Shown: positions 1-9,577, counted from the first letter of the stretch. The stretch is 64,000 nt of DNA from Bacteroidales bacterium (GCA_017651185.1 JAGCDJ010000043.1:6555-70554), one strand, 5' to 3'. Translations and numbers: made by a program. The notes: generated from the letters alone by a model not told the origin.

Positions 1-1929
1 ACGGTTGGCGACGATGCCGCCGCAGCAAACTGGGGCAATGGCTGGCGTATGCCTACCAGTGAGCAGTTGCGCGAACTGTACGAGCATTGCATGGTGGTCT
101 GGACGGTGCATAATGGCGTGAACGGACAACTCTTCACAGCCGACAACGGCAAGTCCATATTCATCCCTGCCGCCGGTTTCCGCCACGAGGGTTCGCCAAC
201 CGATGTGGGTTCTGCCGGATTTGTGTGGTCGAGTTCGCTTTATGCTGAACATGCCAGCGAGGCGTGGATTCTCCAAATTACTGCCGACGATTGCGGTTTG
301 GTCGACGAAAGCAGATACGAAGGGCTTGCTGTCCGCCCTGTAATTGCCAGTGGCACTGATAACCCCGATAACCCTGATAACCCAGACGACCCCGATAATC
401 CAGACGACCCCGACAATCCTGCAACTACGGTTACCGTTACCTTCAATGCCAATGGCGGCAGTGGCACTATGTCTCCGCAGACGTTTACGGTTGGCGAGCC
501 GCAGCAACTGACTTCGAATAGTTTTGTTCGTGAAAATTATGTGTTTACGGGATGGAACACAACGGCAACAGGTACAGGCACTGCCTATTCCAACGAGCAG
601 GAGATAACAATTTCCGCGAACCTTACTTTGTATGCACAGTGGAGAGCAAATGGTGGCGATAACCCCGAGCCGCCAAGTACGGTTACTGTTACTTTCCACG
701 AAAATGGTGGCACTGGCACTATGTCTCCGCAGACCTTTACCGCCGGGGTAGCACAGGCGTTGGCGGCAAATAGTTTCACTCGCACCGACTATACTTTCGT
801 TGGATGGAATACCTCTGCAAACGGAAGCGGTACCGCGTATTCCGACATGCAGATGATAACTGTTACCTCAAACATGACTTTGTATGCGCAGTGGAGATAC
901 AACCTGGTTACAGTTTCATTTGATTCTAATGGCGGTAGCGGTTATATGTCGCCTCAGACATTTACAATTGGAGTAGTGCAAGCATTGTCAAGTAATAGTT
1001 TTACTCGTGAGGACTATGTTTTCTCAGGATGGAATACTTCGGCGAATGGCTCAGGCACAGCATATTCCGACGGACAGGTGATAATGGTTTCTGCGAATAT
1101 AACATTGTATGCACAGTGGACACTTACAACTGTTAGGGTAACATTCAATGCCAATGGCGGTAGCGGAAATATGTCTCCTCAGACGTTTACTGTTGGTGTG
1201 GCGCAACAATTGACGGCAAATAGTTTTACCCGCGATGATTATGTCTTCTTGGGATGGAACACCTCTGCAAACGGAAGTGGAACTTCGTATTCAGACAGAC
1301 AGTCGATAACAATTTCTGCTAATCTGATCTTGTATGCGCAGTGGAGAGGTACAACAGGCACATTGAACGGACATGTATGGGTTGACCTTGGTTTGCCTTC
1401 TGGCACAAAGTGGGCAACTTGCAATGTAGGAGCGACAAATCCAGAAGATTACGGGAATAAATATGCATGGGGAGAAACCAGTCCCAAAGAAACTTATACA
1501 GCCGCCAATTATACATATTCTGACAATCCGACAACGCTTCCAGCAAGTGCCGATGCTGCCACAGTCAACTGGGGTTCTGGTTGGAGAATGCCGACCTATG
1601 ATGAGATTCTAGAACTGTTTCAAAATTGTGTGTATTGGTGGACTACTGAAAATGGAGTCTACGGAATGTATTTTGTAGGTAATAATGGGAATTCAATTTT
1701 TCTCCCTGGTAATGGTTCTTTTGTGTCTTCAATTTCAATGCCTTTGGGTGGAACTTTTGCAGGTTCATTTTGGTCAAGTTCGTTTTATTCTATTGATGAT
1801 GCATGGGTGATTAGCATAATAGATGAGGCATCGGTTGGTTCTATTGGTTATAATACTGGTTTATGTAACGGAGTTTATAAGATACCTCGCATAAAAGGTC
1901 TGACCGTTCGTCCTGTTTGCAATCAGTAG
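1..1929 (+). CDS. 5'-truncated modular surface protein: DUF1566/Fib_succ_major-like domain, (DNP)n linker, 4 Listeria-Bacteroides (InlB B-type) repeats, C-terminal DUF1566-like domain
   Basis: Frame is open from base 1 (TVGDDAAAANWGNGWRMPT). Four repeats of VTFxxNGGxGxMSPQTF..GWNT..LYAQW. Terminal domain GHVWVDLGLPSGTKWATCNVGA...WSSS...VRPVCNQ. Confidence 0.85.
   Translation, partial: TVGDDAAAANWGNGWRMPTSEQLRELYEHCMVVWTVHNGVNGQLFTADNGKSIFIPAAGFRHEGSPTDVGSAGFVWSSSLYAEHASEAWILQITADDCGLVDESRYEGLAVRPVIASGTDNPDNPDNPDDPDNPDDPDNPATTVTVTFNANGGSGTMSPQTFTVGEPQQLTSNSFVRENYVFTGWNTTATGTGTAYSNEQEITISANLTLYAQWRANGGDNPEPPSTVTVTFHENGGTGTMSPQTFTAGVAQALAANSFTRTDYTFVGWNTSANGSGTAYSDMQMITVTSNMTLYAQWRYNLVTVSFDSNGGSGYMSPQTFTIGVVQALSSNSFTREDYVFSGWNTSANGSGTAYSDGQVIMVSANITLYAQWTLTTVRVTFNANGGSGNMSPQTFTVGVAQQLTANSFTRDDYVFLGWNTSANGSGTSYSDRQSITISANLILYAQWRGTTGTLNGHVWVDLGLPSGTKWATCNVGATNPEDYGNKYAWGETSPKETYTAANYTYSDNPTTLPASADAATVNWGSGWRMPTYDEILELFQNCVYWWTTENGVYGMYFVGNNGNSIFLPGNGSFVSSISMPLGGTFAGSFWSSSFYSIDDAWVISIIDEASVGSIGYNTGLCNGVYKIPRIKGLTVRPVCNQ
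358..420 (+). repeat. 7 x 9-bp in-frame tandem repeat encoding DNP/DDP linker
   Basis: gataacccc gataaccct gataaccca gacgacccc gataatcca gacgacccc gacaatcct. Confidence 0.9.
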
Positions 1930-1962
1930 CGAAATGTATAATAGCAATTTAAATAACTATAT

Positions 1963-4173
1963 ATGAACAGACTAAGATTTTTTGTGTTCGCTCTCGTATT
2001 AATGGCGGGAGCATTGGCAATGAGCGGTTGCGACAAGGACAAGCAACCCCAAGTAAATACTATTGCTGCAACCGACATATCAACAACCTCGGCAAAACTT
2101 AACGCCGAGATTATAGACGAGGGTAGCGAGAAGGTTACCAACATGGGTTTCTATTACAGTACCGACAAGGAAATGGGCAACAAGCAGACCGTTCGCTACA
2201 ACGGCTATGCTAACGGAGGAAAGTTTTCAACGTTCGCTTCCAATTTACAACCGGCAACAACCTATTATTTCCAAGCATTTGCCGAAAACGGAAATGGCAT
2301 CGGCGTGGGCGAAATTATGTCGTTTGCAACTACCAACGATGCACAGGGCGGCGGTTCGTCGGGCGGAGAACCCTCTGGCGGAGATACTCCGGCGCCTACG
2401 CAGGGACAACTGAACGGACATGCTTGGGTTGACTTGGGTTTGCCGTCGGGAACACGCTGGGCATCCTGCAACATGGGCGCAAACGCACCAGAACAGTACG
2501 GCGACTATTACGCTTGGGGCGAAACCGCAACCAAGGAAGTTTATGACGCCACTACATATACCTATTCCGACAATCCCGAAACCCTGCCCGCAAGCGCCGA
2601 TGCTGCATCGGTAGGTTGGGGTAGCGACTGGCGTATGCCTACACGCGAGGAGTTTCAGGAATTGCTCGATAATTGTACTCATACTTGGGCACTTAGGTAC
2701 GGAGTAAAGGGATGTATGTTTACCGGCACAAACGGAAATTTCATATTCTTGCCTGCGTCAGGTTCTCGCCTCGATGGTGACCTTAACTTCGACGGTACAA
2801 ATGGTTGGTACAGGTCAAGTTCTCTCTACGCCGACTATACTTATTGCGCTTGGAGTCTTTATTTCAGTTCTGAATCATGCGTAATGTCAAGTTCGGGTAG
2901 CCGTGCCGAAGGTCAGGCAATTCGTCCTGTATATCGTCCCGACATTCCCCCTGCAACGGTTACCGTTACCTTCAATGCAAACGGCGGTAGCGGAACTATG
3001 GAACCGCAGACGTTTACAGTTGGCGTGGCACAGCAATTGAATGCCAATGGTTTTACACGCAGCGGTTATTCGTTCTCGGGTTGGAACACCTCAGCCGATG
3101 GAACGGGAACTGCCTACTCCAACAGGCAGGAGATAACGGTTTCTGCAAATCTCACCTTGTATGCGCAGTGGACAGCCAATCCGGTTACGGTTACCTTCAA
3201 TGCAAATGGCGGTAGCGGAACAATGTCGCCGCAAACATTCACCGTTGGCGTGGCTCAGCAATTGACTGCCAATAGTTTTACGCGCAGCGGATATTCGTTC
3301 TCGGGTTGGAATACTTCTGCCAACGGAAGCGGAACTTCGTATTCCGACAGGCAGTCGATAACGATTTCCGCAGACATTACCTTGTATGCACAGTGGACAT
3401 CCAATACTGTTACGGTTACTTTCAATGCCAACGGCGGTAGCGGAACAATGTCGCCGCAAACATTTACCATCGGTGTCGCCCAAGCATTGACGGCAAATAG
3501 TTTTACACGTACCGACTATGTATTTTCGGGGTGGAACACCGCAGCTAATGGAAGCGGAACTTCGTATTCCGACAGGCAGTCGATAACAATTTCCTCTAAT
3601 CTTACCTTGTATGCGCAATGGCGAGGAACAACCGGCACGTTGGACGGACACGACTGGGTTGACCTTGGACTTCCAAGCGGAATGAGATGGGCGACCTGCA
3701 ACTTAGGCGCTGATAGTCCTACCGCATACGGCAACTATTACGCTTGGGGCGAAACCTCGCCGAAAACTACATACAACAGCAGTACCTATACATATAATGA
3801 CAATCCAACTACGCTTCCTTCGAGTGCCGATGCTGCCACTGCCAACTGGGGTTCTAACTGGCGTATGCCGACCAAAACCGAATTTGAAGAACTGAAGAAC
3901 AATTGCGCGGTGACATGGACTACGCAAAGCGGTGTGAGTGGATTGTTATTTACTGGTACTAACGGCAATTCTATTTTCCTTCCAGCTGTTGGCGATAGTG
4001 GTGATAGCGGCATCTACACTCCCGGTGCAAGCGGCAATTACTGGTCTAGTTCGAACTTTACGTCCATGCCTGAATATGTATGGAGTTTCGGTTTCTTGTC
4101 GGACGGAACATACGATGTGTATATGGGTTCCCGCTATAACGGTTTTGCTGTCCGTGCGGTTTGCAACCAGTAG
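1963..4173 (+). CDS. Lipoprotein: FN3-like domain, DUF1566-like domain, 3 Listeria-Bacteroides repeats, C-terminal DUF1566-like domain
   Basis: Lipobox AMSGC; FN3-like NLQPATTYYFQAFAEN; two WVDLGLPSG domains; ends VRAVCNQ like the upstream paralog. Confidence 0.85.
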   Translation: MNRLRFFVFALVLMAGALAMSGCDKDKQPQVNTIAATDISTTSAKLNAEIIDEGSEKVTNMGFYYSTDKEMGNKQTVRYNGYANGGKFSTFASNLQPATTYYFQAFAENGNGIGVGEIMSFATTNDAQGGGSSGGEPSGGDTPAPTQGQLNGHAWVDLGLPSGTRWASCNMGANAPEQYGDYYAWGETATKEVYDATTYTYSDNPETLPASADAASVGWGSDWRMPTREEFQELLDNCTHTWALRYGVKGCMFTGTNGNFIFLPASGSRLDGDLNFDGTNGWYRSSSLYADYTYCAWSLYFSSESCVMSSSGSRAEGQAIRPVYRPDIPPATVTVTFNANGGSGTMEPQTFTVGVAQQLNANGFTRSGYSFSGWNTSADGTGTAYSNRQEITVSANLTLYAQWTANPVTVTFNANGGSGTMSPQTFTVGVAQQLTANSFTRSGYSFSGWNTSANGSGTSYSDRQSITISADITLYAQWTSNTVTVTFNANGGSGTMSPQTFTIGVAQALTANSFTRTDYVFSGWNTAANGSGTSYSDRQSITISSNLTLYAQWRGTTGTLDGHDWVDLGLPSGMRWATCNLGADSPTAYGNYYAWGETSPKTTYNSSTYTYNDNPTTLPSSADAATANWGSNWRMPTKTEFEELKNNCAVTWTTQSGVSGLLFTGTNGNSIFLPAVGDSGDSGIYTPGASGNYWSSSNFTSMPEYVWSFGFLSDGTYDVYMGSRYNGFAVRAVCNQ

Positions 4174-4200
4174 CAGTTTTTTCGTATATCAATTATTATA

Positions 4201-4229
4201 TGTAGCGGTGCAATCTTTGTGCCGCTACA
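4201..4229. repeat. GTAG-type REP-like palindrome, possibly acting as terminator
   Basis: TGTAGCGGTGCAA-TCT-TTGTGCCGCTACA followed by a T-rich tract; near-identical copy at 61279-61305. Confidence 0.65.
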
Positions 4230-4355
4230 ATTTTTTATTACTTTTTTTCTTGCACATCAAAAAAATCATCGTACATTTGTCACCGAAATCTGCGGAAGGG
4301 ATTTATCGCTTCCAAAGAGTTCCGAAATATTATCTAATTCAAAAGTAATGTACTG

Positions 4356-4604
4356 ATGGAGAAGAAAATTGGCACAATAAACATACTTATTACAGACACT
4401 AATGTCGTTGACGATGTCAACGCGCTGCTTAGTTCGTACGGCAGCATAATATTGTCGCGCAACGGAATGCCACTGCGCGATGAGAATATTTCCATAATTA
4501 CACTTGTGGTAAAGAGCGATGGCGATACAATAAATTCACTAACGGGAAAACTCGGTCGCCTAAAAGGATTAAAAGCGAAATCAACTTTAATAACAACAGC
4601 ATAA
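4356..4604 (+). CDS. TM1266-family iron-only hydrogenase system regulator (ACT/NikR-C-like)
   Basis: 82 aa; VNALLSSYGSIILSRNGMP...INSLTGKLGRLKG; directly upstream of hydG. Confidence 0.8.
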   Translation: MEKKIGTINILITDTNVVDDVNALLSSYGSIILSRNGMPLRDENISIITLVVKSDGDTINSLTGKLGRLKGLKAKSTLITTA

Positions 4605-4617
4605 AAGAATAAATGAT

Positions 4618-6012
4618 ATGGACGAAAAATTTAAAAATTTCATTGATAGAGAAAAACTCTATAACTTGGTAAACGGTAGCATTCCTACCGAACAGGAACT
4701 CGATGCAGTGCTTGCAAAGGCTCGCAAACTGAAAGGCTTGTCGCTCGAAGATGTGGCATTGCTTCTTCGTGTTACCGACCATGACCAGATACATAAGATA
4801 ATGGAGACGGCTAAGTACGCCAAGGAAAGCATCTATGGCAAGCGTCTCGTTCTGTTTGCACCTATTTATACTGGTAATGTATGCGTGAACAACTGCGTAT
4901 ATTGCGCTTTCCGCCGCGATAACAAGGCCATCAAGCGTAAAGTCCTCACCATGGACGAAATCGAGCAGGAAACCAAGGTTCTGCTTCACGAAGGTCACAA
5001 GCGTGTACTGCTTATCTGCGGTGAGTCGCCACGCAACGACATCGACTACTACTGCGAAGCAATCCGCCGTACCTACGCTGCACGCGACAACGGCAACTAC
5101 ATCCGCCGTATCAATGTCGAACTTGCTCCGTTGACAATCGAAGAATTCAAGCGCTTGAAAGCAGAGAAAATTGGAACATACGTTTGCTTCCAGGAAACTT
5201 ACGACCCGGTTGCTTACAAGGAATTCCACCCGGCAGGCACACCAAAGGCCGACTACCTCAACCGTCTGACCGTTATGGACCGCGCTATGGAAGGCGGAAT
5301 CAACGATGTTGGTCTTGGAGTTCTCTTCGGTCTTGTTGACTATCGTTTCGAAATTTTGGCAATAATGGAACACGCCGCTCACTTGGAGAAAGTTTTCGGT
5401 TGCGGACCTCATACAGTAAGTTTCCCGCGTATCGAACCTGCCGACGGCGTAGAATTCACCAACCATATTCCAAATCCGGTTTCCGATTTCGACTTCAAGA
5501 AGATTATCGCAATTATCCGTATAGCAATGCCTTATACTGGTATTATCCTCAGCACACGCGAAAACGATGAGATGCGTAAGGAGCTTATCGAGTACGGTGT
5601 AAGCCAGATTTCGGCAGGTTCGCGTACCAACCCAGGCGCATATAGCGAAGAGGAAGAAGGTACTGGCAGCCAGTTCTCGCTTGGCGACCACAGAACTATG
5701 GACGATGTGATTTCCAATATGATTGACGGCGGATATATTCCTTCGTTCTGCACAGGTTGCTACCGTAAGGGTAGAGTAGGAGCCGACTTTATGGACTTGG
5801 CAAAGCCGGGACTTATCAAGCAGTTCTGCATGCCTAATGGAATTTTCACCTTCAACGAATACCTCAACGATTTTGCATCACCCGAAACAAAGGCAAAAGG
5901 CAAGGCTTTGATAAAGAAGCTTGTCGCTGAAGTTGAAAGCCAGAAACTGAAAGACACCATCAACGAAAACCTTGAAAAAATTGATGGCGGCGAAAGAGAC
6001 ATTTATCTGTAA
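4618..6012 (+). CDS. hydG: [FeFe]-hydrogenase H-cluster radical SAM maturase HydG
   Basis: CxxxCxxC (CVNNCVYC), FQETY, GPHTVS, and C-terminal CX2CX22C (CTGC...C), which separates HydG from ThiH. Confidence 0.9.
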   Translation: MDEKFKNFIDREKLYNLVNGSIPTEQELDAVLAKARKLKGLSLEDVALLLRVTDHDQIHKIMETAKYAKESIYGKRLVLFAPIYTGNVCVNNCVYCAFRRDNKAIKRKVLTMDEIEQETKVLLHEGHKRVLLICGESPRNDIDYYCEAIRRTYAARDNGNYIRRINVELAPLTIEEFKRLKAEKIGTYVCFQETYDPVAYKEFHPAGTPKADYLNRLTVMDRAMEGGINDVGLGVLFGLVDYRFEILAIMEHAAHLEKVFGCGPHTVSFPRIEPADGVEFTNHIPNPVSDFDFKKIIAIIRIAMPYTGIILSTRENDEMRKELIEYGVSQISAGSRTNPGAYSEEEEGTGSQFSLGDHRTMDDVISNMIDGGYIPSFCTGCYRKGRVGADFMDLAKPGLIKQFCMPNGIFTFNEYLNDFASPETKAKGKALIKKLVAEVESQKLKDTINENLEKIDGGERDIYL

Positions 6013-6037
6013 AAAAGTTTTTTGAAATATTTGTAAC

Positions 6038-6065
6038 AAAAAAGCGGCTTCGGTCGCTTTTTTTT
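6038..6065 (+). terminator. Intrinsic terminator after hydG
   Basis: AAAAAAGCGGC-TTCG-GTCGCTTTTTTTT. Confidence 0.8.
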
Positions 6066-6108
6066 ATTTTTGCAGTTACAAATTATGTATGAGAAATTTT
6101 CTATAACA

Positions 6109-7518
6109 ATGAAAAGGCGATTGGTTATCTTTATCTGTGGCATATTTTCCATATTGACTACTTTCTCGCAAACTCCTGTATCTGTTCAGTTTGATGAATG
6201 CGTTGATTTGATGTCTGCGGTATGGCGACTTTCTGGGTCGGGCGAATATAATATGTGCAAGATTCCACAATATGCGCACGACTTCGATTCTGTTTTTGTA
6301 CAGTTCAAGGAACACAAGGTTGTGCAAATGGCTAGGCAGTACAAACAGGAATCGGGAATTTCGTACGATGCTGTTGCCTCATACGGTTTGCACCTAGATG
6401 TGAATGCTGATGGAAAGGTCGTGTTGGATGACAATTTTAAGGAAGGTGGTGATGTCTCTTTCGACCGTTGGTCGGATCAGCAGAAAAAGGATTTCTTGGA
6501 ACCATTGAACGATTTTTATCACAGTGCCAAGTTCCACGATTGGTACATGTCGCAAAAGGATTTGTATGCACAGGTAGAGGATGCTTTCGATGCAATAAAC
6601 CAGAATGTTGACTACAACTGGTTTGGTGTTTACTTCGGTCCACAAGGCAACAGCCAGTTCCGTATTGTGCTTAGTTTGCTGGTTGGTCCGCAGAACTATG
6701 GATGCAGTGCCCAAATGAAAGACGGAAGCATTGTGTTGAGTCCAGTTATAGGATGTTGCCAGCTTGATGGAAACGGAAAGGTGTTTTTCGATGCTAAAAT
6801 GGTGTTGCCAATTGTTATTCACGAGTTCTGTCATCATTATTGCAACCCATTGAACAGCCAGTTCTGGTCGTTGATGGAACAGTCGTCAGAAAAGGTTTTC
6901 AAGGAAAAAAGAGATCAATTGAAGAAATCGGCTTACGGTTCGGCATTGACAATGATGAATGAAACTTTTGTGCGTTCATCTGTCATTCGATATATGAAAA
7001 CGCATTATCCACAAGTTGTTGAATCTGATCTTGTTAAGGAAGAGGAAAAGCAAGGGTTTATTCTTACGCAGACACTATGCGATGCACTTAAGCAATATGA
7101 ACAAAATCGTAGCGATTATGCTACAATGTCCGATTTTATGCCTGCTTTGGCAAAAGCCGTAAAAGACTTTGATTTAAAGCGATACAAAAAGGTGCAGGAA
7201 AAATTGGCGAAACTGAATGCAACCTATAAGGTGAACATTAAGAATGGAGCAACGAATGTTCCATCGGGCAATTTTACGGTAGTCATTAAGTTCTCCAAAC
7301 CGATGAGGGAAGGTATTGCTTTGTATTTGAGTTCTACCGGGGCTGATTTCCCAACTTTCAAGGGCTACAAATGGACAGATGACAAAACATTGACGGTCGA
7401 TTTCTTCTTGGAGCCAGCCCACAAATATGGATTTACTGTTTTTGGAGAATCGTTCTACACCAAAGATGGTCATACTGCTGGCGAAAACCAAGAAATCAAT
7501 TTTACTACGGCAGATTAA
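6109..7518 (+). CDS. Secreted DUF4932-like putative zinc metallopeptidase with C-terminal Ig-like domain
   Basis: Signal peptide MKRRLVIFICGIFSILTTFSQ; HEFCH motif with downstream E (NETFVR); C-terminal IKFSKPM Big_5-like segment. Confidence 0.65.
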   Translation: MKRRLVIFICGIFSILTTFSQTPVSVQFDECVDLMSAVWRLSGSGEYNMCKIPQYAHDFDSVFVQFKEHKVVQMARQYKQESGISYDAVASYGLHLDVNADGKVVLDDNFKEGGDVSFDRWSDQQKKDFLEPLNDFYHSAKFHDWYMSQKDLYAQVEDAFDAINQNVDYNWFGVYFGPQGNSQFRIVLSLLVGPQNYGCSAQMKDGSIVLSPVIGCCQLDGNGKVFFDAKMVLPIVIHEFCHHYCNPLNSQFWSLMEQSSEKVFKEKRDQLKKSAYGSALTMMNETFVRSSVIRYMKTHYPQVVESDLVKEEEKQGFILTQTLCDALKQYEQNRSDYATMSDFMPALAKAVKDFDLKRYKKVQEKLAKLNATYKVNIKNGATNVPSGNFTVVIKFSKPMREGIALYLSSTGADFPTFKGYKWTDDKTLTVDFFLEPAHKYGFTVFGESFYTKDGHTAGENQEINFTTAD

Positions 7519-7534
7519 TCGAAAAGCATACTAA

Positions 7535-8029
7535 TCAAAGTATCTTCAGCGCTATTGCTGCGCACGCTTCAGCATCTGCAAGGGCGTGATGGTGATTTTC
7601 GAGCACATATCCGCATGCTTCCGAAACGGTATGCAGTTGATGGTTTGGTAGCGTTTTCCCGAAATACTTGCGTGCAGCTCTGCAGGTACATTTGAATTCG
7701 TAGTCGGGGTAGGTCATGCGGTAGGTTTGGAATACTGCTTTCAGGCAACCTTCGTCAAAAGGACTGTTGTGGGCGACAAGCGTAAGTCCTTCAATTTTTG
7801 GTTCTATTTGTTTCCAGACATCGGGAAAAATTGGAGCATTGTCGGTGTCTTGGTGTCCGAGTCCATGGACGCGCTGACAAAACCAAGAGTAGTAGTTTGG
7901 CTCTGGTTTTATGAGACTGTAGAACGAATCGCAGATTTCTCCGTTGCGGACAATTACAATACCAACGCTGCATACGCTGCTGCAGTTTCCGTTGGCGGTC
8001 TCGAAATCTATGGCTGCAAAATCCTGCAT
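7535..8029 (-). CDS. DEDDh 3'-5' exonuclease (DNA polymerase III epsilon-like)
   Basis: AIDFETA, VAHNSPFD, HHALADAEAC motifs; start taken at MQDF. Confidence 0.85.
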   Translation of the reverse strand: MQDFAAIDFETANGNCSSVCSVGIVIVRNGEICDSFYSLIKPEPNYYSWFCQRVHGLGHQDTDNAPIFPDVWKQIEPKIEGLTLVAHNSPFDEGCLKAVFQTYRMTYPDYEFKCTCRAARKYFGKTLPNHQLHTVSEACGYVLENHHHALADAEACAAIALKIL

Positions 8030-8131
8030 AATTTTTTTCGCAAAGATATGATTAGTATGTGAAATATTATGTCGTATCTTTTTGTTTGGCGAAAAATTAA
8101 TACACATGGAAATAGGTTAAGAAAAAAACGT

Positions 8132-8139
8132 TAATTTTG
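8132..8139 (+). promoter_or_regulatory. Bacteroidota -7 promoter element for the 8227-17871 operon
   Basis: TAATTTTG matches TAnnTTTG, about 90 nt upstream of the ATG. Confidence 0.55.
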
Positions 8140-8226
8140 CACGACTTTTTGCAGATGTTACGGGGTTCTTCATTTGCACAAAGTCAGATTGATTTTAAAT
8201 AAATTAGCGAACCCAACATATTGTTT

Positions 8227-9489
8227 ATGAAAGACATATTTGAAAGAATTCACGAGTCTTCGGGCGGTCCGCTCGGACAGTACAGAGAAAAATTTGAGGG
8301 ATATTACACATTTCCGAAATTGGAAGGTGAAATTGGTCCTCACATGATGTTCAACGGCAGGGAAGTTTTGTGCTGGAGTTTGAACAATTATCTTGGTTTG
8401 GCAAATCATCCTGCAGTTCGCAAGGCCGATGCCGATGGCGCTGCTAAGTGGGGTTTGGCTTATCCTATGGGTAGCCGTATGCTTACAGGTCACACTGCTT
8501 TGCACGAAAAACTTGAACGCGAACTCGCTGACTTCGAAAAGAAGGAAGCTGCTTTCCAGATGAACTTTGGTTATCAGGGTATAGTTTCTGTAATCGACAG
8601 CCTTATGACTCGTCACGATGTCATAGTTTTCGATGCTGAGGCACACGCTTGTCTGCTCGATGGAAAACGCTTGCATATTGGTAAGTCGTTCTCGTACAAG
8701 CACAACGATATAGAGAGCTGCGAAAAGAAATTGCAGGTTGCTTGCAAAATTGCCGATGAACAGGGTGGCGGCGTATTGCTTATTACCGAAGGCGTTTACG
8801 GTATGACCGGCGCTCTTGGTATTCTCGACCAGATTGTTGCCTTGAAGAAGAAATACAATTTCCGTATCCTTATTGACGATGCTCACGGCTTTGGCGTTAT
8901 GGGCGAACACGGACGCGGTACTTCGGAGCACTTCAACGTAATGGACGACATCGACATTTACATTGGCGCTTACGCAAAATCAATGGCTTGTATCGGTGGT
9001 TTCGTTGCATCAAAGAAGTATATCATTGATTTCCTACGCTACAACATGCGTTCACAGATTTACGCAAAGGCACTTCCGATGCCAATAGTTGAAGGCTGCT
9101 TGAAGCGTCTCGAAATCATTCGCAGTGCCGAAGGTGATGAACTCCGCAAGAAATTGTGGACTGTAACCCGTCGTCTGCAGGAAGGTTTCCGCAACCTCGG
9201 ATTCACTATCGGTCCAGCAGAGGCATGTGTAACACCAGTTCATATTAAGGGTGGCGTAAATCAGGCAGTTAATATGGCATACGACCTGCGTGAAAACTAC
9301 AGAATTTTCTGTTCAATAGTAACTTATCCTGTAATTCCTGTCGGAATGATTATTTTCCGTATTATCCCGACCGCTGTTCACAGCATCGAGGATGTTGACT
9401 ATACTTTGAATGCATTCAAGGAAATAAAGGAAAAACTTGAAAGTGGTAAGTATGATGCACCTGCTCCAATGATTAATTTCTCAAAGTAG
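8227..9489 (+). CDS. PLP-dependent alpha-oxoamine synthase; probable cysteate-C-fatty acyltransferase (SulA/CapB type)
   Basis: NNYLGL, DDAHG, PLP lysine in YAKS (K251 from ATG 8227); YNMRSQIYAKALPMP places a lysine at 281, where serine palmitoyltransferases have FSAS. Confidence 0.8.
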   Translation: MKDIFERIHESSGGPLGQYREKFEGYYTFPKLEGEIGPHMMFNGREVLCWSLNNYLGLANHPAVRKADADGAAKWGLAYPMGSRMLTGHTALHEKLERELADFEKKEAAFQMNFGYQGIVSVIDSLMTRHDVIVFDAEAHACLLDGKRLHIGKSFSYKHNDIESCEKKLQVACKIADEQGGGVLLITEGVYGMTGALGILDQIVALKKKYNFRILIDDAHGFGVMGEHGRGTSEHFNVMDDIDIYIGAYAKSMACIGGFVASKKYIIDFLRYNMRSQIYAKALPMPIVEGCLKRLEIIRSAEGDELRKKLWTVTRRLQEGFRNLGFTIGPAEACVTPVHIKGGVNQAVNMAYDLRENYRIFCSIVTYPVIPVGMIIFRIIPTAVHSIEDVDYTLNAFKEIKEKLESGKYDAPAPMINFSK

Positions 9490-9577
9490 GGCAGATGTTA
9501 GAGTAATTGAAATAATAAAATACGGGGAAAAGTGTTCGGATTCCGAATGCTTTTCCTGCTTTAAAAGCATTAAGACT

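Noticed and set aside
430-3620. CRISPR-like or mobile long repeats
   Set aside because: The ~220-bp repeats are in-frame protein domain repeats.
1-4229. Complete diversity-generating retroelement
   Set aside because: No reverse transcriptase, accessory gene or adenine-variant template repeat seen in the window.
4498-5691. Long antisense ORFs (e.g. 397 aa opposite hydG; also 51394-52308 and 57362-58291)
   Set aside because: Shadow frames of well-supported genes with no recognisable motifs.
4618-6012. ThiH thiazole synthase
   Set aside because: The C-terminal CX2CX22C motif and TM1266 neighbour indicate HydG; no thi genes or TPP riboswitch seen.
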